Source: Lytechinus pictus (taxonomy: Eukaryota). Taken from it: 64,000 nucleotides of DNA. The translations under genes and the position numbers were made by a program. Below, piece after piece: positions 1 through 10,400 of this stretch. The stretch is from positions 13,952,001-14,016,000 of the forward strand of contig NC_087251.1 in assembly GCF_037042905.1 (NCBI RefSeq), in the 5' to 3' direction. How positions within the stretch are numbered: position 1 is the first letter of the stretch; each line of letters opens with the position of its first letter. The notes under the pieces are model-generated. The model worked only from the letters and a program-made list of their open reading frames with translations, had not been told where the DNA came from and searched no databases.

Positions 1-2
1 CC

Positions 3-140
3 CCTCCTCTTCAGGGAACAGCACCACCACTTCAGAGCAACTATTCTCAGCAACCTGCTTACAACCCTTATCAACAACCAGATCAACATCAGCAGCCTCC
101 GCCATATACAGCCAGTGAACTGCCTCCCAAGAAGTCATAG
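3..140 (+). CDS. Probable 3' end (last coding exon fragment) of a host gene with a Pro/Gln/Tyr-rich C-terminus containing a PPPY motif
   Basis: Frame from 3 reads PPLQGTAPPLQSNYSQQPAYNPYQQPDQHQQPPPYTASELPPKKS* (TAG 138-140), open from the window edge. Composition switches to AT-rich UTR-like sequence after the stop. No start is visible, so it is absent from the ORF track. Confidence 0.55.
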   Translation, partial: PPLQGTAPPLQSNYSQQPAYNPYQQPDQHQQPPPYTASELPPKKS

Positions 141-277
141 TGCCTGATAATAATAGGAATATATCTATTTTTAAAGTGGTTTACCGCAAGAGACTCCTTG
201 CCTTCAGAACTAAAGCTTCCTTAATGTTCGTGGTAACGACATATGTTTGTAAAGAAAGGCCTTGGGATTGAAATTGA

Positions 278-304
278 GACAGAGTGAGAGAGATAGATAG
301 AGAG
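278..304 (+). repeat. Short (GA)/(GATA) microsatellite
   Basis: gacagagtgagagagatagatagagag seen directly. Confidence 0.5.
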
Positions 305-528
305 GGGTGAGGGGCGCATGCTAACTCGAGCTAAATTATCTAAATGTAAAGTATAACACAAACAAAGTTAAGAGGTTTGTATGAAGTGAGAAGTATTCTT
401 GATTGATTAAAAGAAATACAAGTGTTCTCTCACATGGTTCATAAAAATATTACATTTACTAGTTTTCTTCCAAATATCACCACTGCCCTTTCTTCCTTCA
501 TTTTCCAAAGTCTGGGAGTTTTCGTTAA

Positions 529-1111
529 AGGAGAATGAAACTCTTGGAGCAAGTTAGCTTTTGTGAAAGCAGAAAAATCAAAGAATAAGATCAACAAAAC
601 TTTGAGAAAAATAGGACTAGCAATAAAAGAGTTATGAGCATTTGAATGTCGAGATCACTAATGCTATGGAGATCCTCCCATTGGCAATGCGACCAAGATC
701 TGTGATGTCACACACGTACAACTCTCCCATTTGGACACTGAAAATATACCCCAAAACATCTCTTTTTGCTCATTCTAATCATATGACAAACGATTCATCA
801 ATGATATAATGTTGTGAAACCTCTGTACTTGTCATCTCATAAAGAGAACACCTCACCTTGTGATAGACTCTATAAAAGTGAGAATATAAGTGAAATAAGT
901 ACTAAAGTAATGAGGGAGTTGTACGTGTGTGATATCACAGATCTTGGTCGCATTGCCGTTGGGAGGATCTACATGGCACTAGTGATCTCAATATTCGAAT
1001 GCTCATAACTTTCTTATTATTCATTCAATCTTCCTCAAACTTTCAACAATATGTTTCTTTGATTTTTCTCTTTGATATGGATTCAGCTGGTTTCAAGGGT
1101 TTCATTCTCCT
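529..1111. mobile_element. Non-autonomous foldback DNA transposon (MITE) with TTAA target duplication, Kolobok/T2-like
   Basis: TTAA at 525-528 and 1112-1115. Perfect 13-bp TIR AGGAGAATGAAAC (529-541) / GTTTCATTCTCCT (1099-1111), extending as imperfect ~200-bp inverted arms (e.g. ggcaatgcgaccaagatctgtgatgtcacacacgtacaactc vs gagttgtacgtgtgtgatatcacagatcttggtcgcattgcc). AGG termini plus a TTAA TSD fit Kolobok/T2-MITE families. Confidence 0.85.
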
Positions 1112-2590
1112 TTAAGGTAACGTGGTGGACGTTAGATTAGAGAACAATTTGAATCCAGGTTATCGTCCCTGTATTATTTTGCTTCCTTTCGTGAATTCCG
1201 CTATATACTTGGCATCCGCGAAAATATCACCTCTTGGAAGCAGTACGCGTCAAAAGATTTGAAGGATTGAATTTGGATACCGGATGCAATACTTCTTTTA
1301 TAGTGTGAATGAGCGAACCGAATGAGCCATATTTCGACTCCCTTTATTTAAGATTGGACATGTAAAGACATGCATGTCAAATCGACGTGACACTGATTTA
1401 AGGGAAATTATTGTCAAAGATTATGTGAAAATAGAAAAAAAAATGATGTAAGCCCATATTTTTTTTTGAAAAATTAAATGAAAGGTCCCCAGCCTCTTCC
1501 AGCGACCCTCGAGTCACTCCGCCAGAATGTCAATTTTGAAAGGCCTGTAGGTTTACAAAAAAATCAAAGGAAACGTATGATTGCATGACGATATACTCTA
1601 GTGAATGACCCGCCTTGAAGAGAAAGGGTGGCACACCGATTTCTGGCATGTACGCAATTAATTTACAAGTCCCCCCACCCCCCCAAAAGAAAATCATCAC
1701 CTCTATTTCCTATTTGTGTGTGTAACTTGATTACTCGATTGACTCGATTCATCTCCCCTCTTCATATCCATGCCCCTCACTGATGAAAGTTCTTCTCCTA
1801 ACAATAATTATTACTCTAGCATGCGAATATGCTAAACCGTCATCAGGAATTGCAGTATAATTATGCAACGATGCATGTATATTGAGTAGAGGAACTGGTA
1901 TTTTACATTCATTATCATGAACCACAAAGTTATGTTTATGAAGGGTATGATTTTTAAAGTAGTAATATTTGTATTATTTAGATTGTATATTTCCTCCAAA
2001 CTTATATTGAATAAATATTTTACAGTTTGTTAATATTAAGTGATTTGAAAGTCTGCAACTGTATTTTTTATTCATTTTTTTTCAAATAAATGAAATGACG
2101 ATAGGGAGATAATAATGAGAGAAATATTCAACGATTTCACAGAAAGGGTAAAAATCTGTAAGGATAAAAGGGAGTGAAGAAAATGACCGGTGCACTGGTT
2201 TTCGTGCTACAAAGAAATGTGAAGGAATATTCTCTTCATTTCCTAATTTGGAAAGTAATTGCATATATTATCCGTGATTTATCTCAGACAATATAAAACA
2301 CACAGTCATCCCATTTGCAATATAAAATTCAATGTTTGATTTTGAACTTTTAAGACAATAACTGTAAAATTAAAATTCGAATGAACCGAAATAATAGAAA
2401 CTCGTCACAATTCATAAAAACACGTGTCAACCATTTACAGCTGACAGCTTTTCACCATATGTTATTTATATGTTTATCCCCCTCCCCCCCTTTTGTTTGC
2501 TCCTGGCAAACGGCGGAGTCACTTGGAACTCCCGGAACCCCCCCCCCGATTGAATTTGAATTATGTAAAGAAGGCAAACGAACTTTTTAC

Positions 2591-2796
2591 AATAAATAAA
2601 TAAATAAATAAATAAATTTATTTATTTATTTATTGATTAATTAATTAATTTATATATTTATTTATTTATTCATTTACTTACTTATTTATTCATGTTTTTA
2701 TTTTTATTCATTTTATCTTATTTTATTTTATTCATTATTTGTTTTATTTATCATTATTATTATTTATTTATTTTATTTTATTATTATTTTTTTTTT
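2591..2796. repeat. AT-rich low-complexity tract: (TAAA)n abutting (TTTA)n and (TTA)n
   Basis: aataaataaataaataaataaataaatttatttatttatttatt... seen directly. Confidence 0.85.
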
Positions 2797-3665
2797 GGAG
2801 GGGATGATAATTTATTTCTTAATTTAATTTACTTTACCTGATGACTGCCTCTACTTCTTTTATGTGTTCAAGTGTTGATCCGCCATTTGAAGAGAATCCT
2901 TGATGTCTTTAATCCAGGTCAGTTACTCCAACGAAACCATCTCCAACCAGACCAATGGAATGTCATTGGTAATAACATAACAGGTTTGGTTGGTCTGGAG
3001 CCGGTATCGCCATTGTGACTGCGGTACTACCGTCGAGCTCGTGGTGGCCAATTACATCCAGAAAAGATTTTAATCCACCGATTTAGATGAAAGCTTTATC
3101 GATTAAATTTAACGAGTTCAGTGGTCAAGCTCAATGCAAAGGTATCCGATCATTGTTAGAGGGTCTGTCAAGAAGAATGTTCACAGTGAGTTTCATTTAC
3201 AACCTTGTTACAAGCTACGAACAGCCTTGCATCCGTTTGGCTGACAATGTTATCGATGAAAAATTCCCTGGTATTTAAAACAGGGACTTTTGAATTCTGT
3301 AGACTCGTTTCCTGGACTCGTTTACCCTCGGTGAGTGAACGTGATCTTCTCATATATGGATCTGTTGGTAATGTACTAAGTTTATTTTTACATCAGCAAT
3401 GAATTTCATATATTGCAAGTATATAGGCCTTAATCGTTATTAACAATTATTACATTCATTTTTTAGAGAGAGGGGGTCTACGTGTGTGTGCATAATATAG
3501 TGTGTGAGAGAGAGAGCGAGAGGATTCTGTATTATCAAAGAACAGAGATGAACTGCCGTTTCTCATTTCTACATCACACTCGGGCGCTTTTCAAGGATTT
3601 TGCACCCCGGGGCCCGACTTGAATTTGGCGCCCCTGTGTACTTTTCGGAAATATGACGCCCCTTG

Positions 3666-3692
<27 letters not shown>
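3666..3692. repeat. (TA)n microsatellite
   Basis: About 13 TA units seen directly. Confidence 0.9.
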
Positions 3693-3697
<5 letters not shown>

Positions 3698-3779
3698 GAT
3701 ATGTATATATTGTATTTAAACCTGAAAATGAATATTCTGGGAATTTTTTTGTGATCATGAACAAGATCCGTATCTGACT

Positions 3780-4463
3780 AAACAATTCACGCAAGCGAGA
3801 AGCGCGAGGTGAATTTTTAATATACTGACCTGCAAAAGCACCCGTTAGCAGTGACTCATGAATAGAATACATATCTCACCAATCAAATAGCACGAGCGCG
3901 AACCACGAGCTGACAATTTTAGTATCTCGACATAAACTGGACATTCTAAGCACCATTTTAATCGTTAATAGGATGGGTATATAGTCCTATAGTTAATTGA
4001 CTTCCTCTTAAAACGTGGGAATATATTATTTTGCAAGAAATTTGTGGATGGAAATTTTCATTTACACTAATAACACACATATAGCCTGATGACCTCGTTT
4101 CATTCGCTCCTCCTGTTCAAATTAAAATAAAAAAGCGCCTTGTGTCCAGTTTTCAGATCGGAAAATCAAAACAGAATAGGTATCTAATTGAACAACTGAT
4201 GTGAGCGCTAAGCGTGAGCTGAAATTTTTCATTTTCCGACTAGAAAAATTTACATTCTACTTACTCTTTGTAACCATAAAGACAATGCGCATCCGATCAA
4301 TCGATTAAAATGAAACGTGAAAATACTGACCTGAGAAGGACTTTTTTAAGCTCTGATTCTTTATCTTCATGTTTTTTTTCTCACTCTTCTCCGTCCCCAT
4401 CTATATTTTTTGCATCACTATTAGGGGGGAGGGGAGCCGCTTTGCCCCTGGATCCGCCTATGT
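3780..4463. repeat. Degenerate interspersed-repeat remnant with a recurring GCGAGCGCGAAGCGCGAGCTGAAA-like motif
   Basis: Diverged motif copies at ~3790 (cgcaagcgagaagcgcgaggtgaattttt), ~3890 (gcacgagcgcgaaccacgagctgacaatttt) and ~4200 (gtgagcgctaagcgtgagctgaaattttt). A GC-rich end-like sequence cccctggatccgcctatg lies at ~4445-4462. Boundaries are uncertain. Confidence 0.35.
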
Positions 4464-4589
4464 ATCATGACATAAAAATCATTATGTACTTTTTGTAATC
4501 CTGAACATATTCCTGTATCATCGGGATATTTTCAGCCGCATGTAATCCTTTAGGGCAGGACATGTAGCTCACTATAACCAGGCAATTTG

Positions 4590-6950
4590 AGCAGTTTGGC
4601 GCCCCCTGGCGAATAAAAAAGTTGCGCCCCAAAAGATCGAATATCAATACGGCGCCCCCTCCTCCTAGGTCGGACATCAATTCGGTGCCCCCATGTAAAA
4701 CATCAATTCGCCGCCTCCCCTTAGATTAAATAACGGTTCGGCGCCCTTAGGTAGAACGTCAATTCGGTGCCCCTATGTTGAACATCAATTTGCTACCCCT
4801 AGGTAGAACATCAGTTCGGCGCTCCTAGGTAAAACATCAATACGGCGCCCCCATGTCAAACATTAATTCGGCGCCCCTAGGTCGAATATAGATTCGCCAC
4901 CCCATATATCGACCATTAATTCGGCGGCTTTAGGTAAAACATAAATTCGGCACCCTAGGCAAAACATAAATTCGGCGCCCCCCTTCCCGCAGGTTGAACA
5001 TCAATTCGGCACCCCCCATAGGTCGAACATCAATTCGGCGACCCCCATATCGAACATCAATTCGGCCCCCTAGGTAAAACATCAATACGGCACTCCCTAT
5101 GTCGAACATCAATTCGTCGACTCCCATATCGAACAAAAATTCGGCGACCCTAGTGAAAACATAAATATGGCTCCTCTTCCTATGTCGAACATCAATTCGG
5201 CGGCCCTAGGTTGAAAATCAATTCGGCGCTACTAAGTAAAACATCGATTTGGCGCCCTCCTAGGTTGAATATCGATTCGGCGCCCCTATCTCGAACATCG
5301 ATTCACTGCCCCTAGGAAGAACATCAGTTCGGCGCTCCTAGGTAAAACATCAATCTGGCGCCCCCTAGATTCAACATCAATTTGCTACCCCTAGGTAGAA
5401 CATCAGTTCGGCAAATTAAGCAATTAAGGTGATTTTGTAGTTTAAGACACTTGTCTTCTTTATAGTTCTGTAGATCATACAAACATGCCTATGGTAACTA
5501 ATAGCTCTTATAATGGGACATTATGTAATTTTATAGATATTTGATCTTATAATGGTTTCAGAATACATACTGACATGAAAAATAATTTTGTACTGTTTTG
5601 TAATCTTGAACATGATTCCAATATTATCAGGATATTTTCCGCCACATGTAATCCTTTTGGGCAAGACATGTATCTCACTATAACCAGGCAATGGAGCATT
5701 TTGGAACCACGGTCGAATATAAAATTGACGCCCCAAAGATCAAACATCGATTCTCCCCCCTCCCCCTAGGTTGGACATCAATTCGATGTCCCTATGTCGA
5801 ACATCAATTCGACGCCCCCTTGGTTGAACATCGATTCGGCACCCTTAGGTATAACATCAGTTAGGCGCCCCTATATCGAATATTAATTCAGCACCCCTGT
5901 CTCAAACATCGTTTCGGCGCCTCTTGGTCGAACATCATTTCGGCCCCCCCCCCCAGGTCAATCAATTCGGCGACCCTCTCCCCAGGTTGAACATCAATTC
6001 GGCGCCCCGATGCCGAACGTCAATTCGCCCCCCCCCCCTAGGCAAAAAGTCAATACGGCCCCTCCCATGTTGAATATCAATTTAATGCTCTCCGCTCTCC
6101 ATAGGCTGAACATCTATTCGGCTATCCTAGGTCGAATATCAATTACTCGCTTTTATGTCGAATATCATTTCGACGACACTCTAAGTCGAAAATTAATCCG
6201 GCGAATTTATGTCCATTCGGCGCCCCCCTAGGTTGAACATCAATTCGGCGCCCCTATGTCGAATATCAATTCAGCGGCCCTATCATGAATATCAATATCA
6301 GCGCCCCATAGGTCGAACATCATTTCGGCACCCCCTAGGTCGAAAATCAATTCGGCGCCCCCCTTAGGTCAGACATGAATTTGGCGCCCCTAGATTGAAA
6401 ATCAATTCGGCGTCCCCTATGTCGAACCCTGTGTCTAAATATCAATTTGACGCCACCCCAGGGTTAACATTAATTCGGCGCCCTTATGTCGAACATCGAT
6501 TCGGCACCCCTAGGCAAAATATCAATACGGCGCCCCTAGGTTGTACATCGATGTGGCGCCCCCGCCTAGGGTGAAAATCGATTCGGTGCCCCTAGGTAGA
6601 ACATCAATTAAGCGACCCTTGGTCGAACATCAATCCGGCACCCCTATGTAGAACATCAATTCAGCACCCCTTTAGGTTTAACATTGGTTCGGCACCCCTA
6701 TGTCGAATCACCCCTAGGTCGACCATAATTTCGGCGCCCCCTATATCGAACATCAATTTGGCGCCCCTTGGTAAAAAATTAATTCGGCGCCCCTTCTCCT
6801 TAGGTCGAACATCAATTTAGTAACCCATTTCTCCTGGTTGAACATCAATTTGGCACCCGCATGTCGAACATCAATTCGGCACCCCTAGGCAAAACATCAA
6901 TACTGCGCCCCCGAGGTTGTACATCAATTTTGCGCCCCGTAGGCAAAACA
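4590..6950 (+). repeat. Diverged ~26-bp CpG-rich minisatellite (left, older part of the array), interrupted by an AT-rich spacer at ~5413-5692
   Basis: Tandem units like gtcgaacatcaattcggcgcccctat / gttgaacatcaattcggcgcccctag with variable C-run length. Confidence 0.9.
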
Positions 6951-7423
6951 TTTAAAGTACACCTTAAGATCTATTTGTTGAGCCTTTAATACCTTCACAC
7001 TTAAATATATATACACTGTATAATTATGTACATTTTTAAAGAAATCATATTTGTTTTGTATGCATTTATGGTACACTCTCTGTCATCACACGCTGGTCTG
7101 CCTGGCTTCCTATGGGGGCTGATGCCCTTATTTGCTAGAGCTCCTGTGAGTACTGAGCTGACCGGGCTTGCCCCTTAAATTGTCGGTGAACGAAGCAGCA
7201 AGCAAAAGGGCACCAGGCCCCACCAGGATGTAGCTGGGAATTTCAGTGGTGGTGATGCCGGATGGTACTTGTAGTGATTTAGGATTTATATTTATATCTA
7301 AGTTGCTGTTTGTAATGTACGTGTATAAACAATTTGTATCCAAAAGAACTGTTTCAGCGCTAGCGCGATGAGCGTCTCTGGACGGTGTGTGCGCTCAATA
7401 AGATCTCACTATTATTATTATTA
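6951..7423 (+). mobile_element. 5'-truncated L2/CR1-group LINE fragment (ORF2 C-terminus, 3' UTR and (ATT)n tail); first copy of the amplified unit
   Basis: 6951-6989 encodes FKVHLKIYLLSL* (FKIHLKTYLFSL* in the next copy at 8252), matching the FKxxLKTxLF C-terminal motif of L2/CR1/Crack ORF2. It ends in an L2-type stem-loop (gagcgtctctggacggtgtgtgcgctc) followed by aataagatctcac and (ATT)n. Confidence 0.8.
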
Positions 7424-10400
7424 GGATTAACATCAATTATGCGCCCTTTGTAAGAACATCAATTCGGTGCCCCTGGGTAAAACATCAATACACTTTCATG
7501 TCGACCATAACTTCGGCGCCCCTTGGTTGAACAAAATTTCGGCGCCCCCAGTTCGAATATCATTTCGGTGACCCCCTATGTCGAACATCATTTCGACCCC
7601 CCCCCCCTAGCTCGAAAATTAATTCATTACCATTGTGTCGAAAGCTATTCGGCGGCTCCTCCCTAGATCATAGAGAAACATATGTTAATATGTTGCGAGG
7701 AACAATTCGGCGCCCCTATGTCGAATATCTATTCGACTCGCCTCCCTATGTTGAACATCAATTCTCTGCCCCTAGTTCGAACTTCAATTCATTGTCCCTT
7801 TGTCGAACATCATTTCGACGCCCCCTAGCTCGAAAATTAATTCATTACCCTTGTGTCGAAAGCTATTCGGCGCCTCCTCCCTAGATCATATAGAAACAAG
7901 TTAATTTGTTTCGAGTATCAATTCAGCGCCCCCATGTCGAATTGTCAATTCGCCCCCCTTAGATCGAACATCAATGCGGCGCTCCCAAGTCGAATATCAA
8001 TTTGGTAACCCATTCCTCCAGGTTGAACATCAATTTGGCACCCGCATGTCGAACATCAATTCGCCCCCCCCCCCCTTAGGTCGAACATCAATGCAGCGCT
8101 CCTAAGTCATATATCAATATGGTGAACCATTCCTCCTGGTTGAACATCAATTTGGCACCCGCATGTCGAAAATCAATTCGGCACCTCTAGGCAAAACATC
8201 ATACGGCGCCCCCGAGGTTGTACATAAATTTGGCGCCCTGTAGGCAAAACATTTAAAATACACCTTAAGACCTATTTGTTCAGCCTTTAATACCTTCACA
8301 CTTAAATATATATACACCGTATGATTATGTACATTTTTAAAGAAATCATATTTTTTTTGTATGCATTTATGGTACACTCTCTGTCATCACACGCTGGTCT
8401 GCCTGGCTTCCTATGGGGGCTGATGCCCCTATTTGCTAGAGCTCCTGTGAGTACTGAGCTGACGGGGCTTGCCCCTTAAATTGTCGGTGAACGGAGCAGC
8501 AAGCAAAAGGGCACCAGGCCCCACCAGGATGTAGCTGGGAATTTCAGTGGTGGTGATGCCGGATGGTACTTGTAGTGATTTGAGATTTCTATTTATATCT
8601 AAATTGCTGTTTGTAATGTACGTGTATAAACAATTTGTATCCAAAAGAACTGTTTCAGCGATAGCGCGATGAGCGTCTCTGGACGGTGTGTGCGCTCAAT
8701 AAGATCTCACTATTATTATTATTAGGATTAACATCAATTATGCGCCCTTTGTAAGAACATCAATTCGGTGCCCCTGGGTAAAACATCAATACACTTTCAT
8801 GTCGACCATAACTTCGGCGCCCCTTGGTTGAACAAAATTTCGGCGCCCCCAGTTCGAATATCATTTCGGTGACCCCCTATGTCGAACATCATTTCGATCC
8901 CCCCCCCCCTAGCTCGAAAATTAATTCATTACCATTGTGTCGAAAGCTATTCGGCGGCTCCTCCCTAGATCATAGAGAAACATATGTTAATATGTTGCGA
9001 GGAACAATTCGGCGCCCCTATGTCGAATATCTATTCGACTCGCCTCCCTATGTTGAACATCAATTCTCTGCCCCTAGTTCGAACTTCAATTCATTGTCCC
9101 TTTGTCGAACATCATTTCGACGCCCCCTAGCTCGAAAATTAATTCATTACCCATGTGTCGAAAGCTATTCGGCGCCTCCTCCCTAGATCATATAGAAACA
9201 AGTTAATTTGTTTCGAGTATCAATTCAGCGCCCCCATGTCGAATTGTCAATTCGCCCCCCTTAGATCGAACATCAATGCGGCGCTCCCAAGTCGAATATC
9301 AATTTGGTAACCCATTCCTCCAGGTTGAACATCAATTTGGCACCCGCATGTCGAACATCAATTCGCCCCCCCCCCTTAGGTCGAACATCAATGCAGCGCT
9401 CCTAAGTCATATATCAATATGGTGAACCATTCCTCCTGGTTGAACATCAATTTGGCACCCGCATGTCGAACATCAATTCGGCACCCCTAGGCAAAACATC
9501 AATACGGCGCCCCCGAGGTTGTACATCAATTTGGCGCCCCGTAGGCAAAACATTCAAAGTACACCTTAAGATCTATTTGTTGAGCCTTTAATACCTTCAC
9601 ACTTAAATATATATACACTGTATAATTATGTACATTTTTAAAGAAATCATATTTGTTTTGTATGCATTTATGGTACACTCTCTGTCATCACACGCTGGTC
9701 TGCCTGGCTTCCTATGGGGGCTGATGCCCTTATTTGCTAGAGCTCCTGTGAGTACTGAGCTGACCGGGCTTGCCCCTTAAATTGTCGGTGAACGAAGCAG
9801 CAAGCAAAAGGGCACCAGGCCCCACCAGGATGTAGCTGGGAATTTCAGTGGTGGTGATGCAGGATGGTACTTGTAGTGATTTAGGATTTATATTTATATC
9901 TAAGTTGCTGTTTGTAATGTACGTGTATAAACAATTTGTATCCAAAAGAACTGTTTCAGCGCTAGCGCGATGAGCGTCTCTGGACGGTGTGTGCGCTCAA
10001 TAAGATCTCACTATTATTATTATTAGGATTAACATCAATTATGCGCCCTTTGTAAGAACATCAATTCGGTGCCCCTGGGTAAAACATCAATACACTTTCA
10101 TGTCGACCATAACTTCGGCGCCCCTTGGTTGAACAAAATTTCGGCGCCCCCAGTTCGAATATCATTTCGGTGACCCCCTATGTCGAACATCATTTCGATC
10201 CCCCCCCCCCTAGCTCGAAAATTAATTCATTACCATTGTGTCGAAAGCTATTCGGCGGCTCCTCCCTAGATCGTAGAGAAACATATGTTAATATGTTGCG
10301 AGGAACAATTCGGCGCCCCTATGTCGAATATCTATTCGACTCGCCTCCCTATGTTGAACATCAATTCTCTGCCCCTAGTTCGAACATCAATTCATTGTCC

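Noticed and set aside
814..1008. 64-aa ORF as a gene
   Set aside because: It lies wholly within the MITE arm, starts at GTG and has no motif
2918..3330. Possible decayed exon between ccag (2914-2917) and gtgagt (3331)
   Set aside because: The best-looking frame has about six stops, roughly chance level, and no recognisable domain; overlapping short ORFs on both strands are uninformative
7115..7200. Hammerhead ribozyme in the repeated unit (ctgatg, ctgagc motifs, as in some transcribed satellites)
   Set aside because: No CUGANGA plus GAAA core in the right stem context on visual inspection; a covariance-model search would be needed to exclude variants
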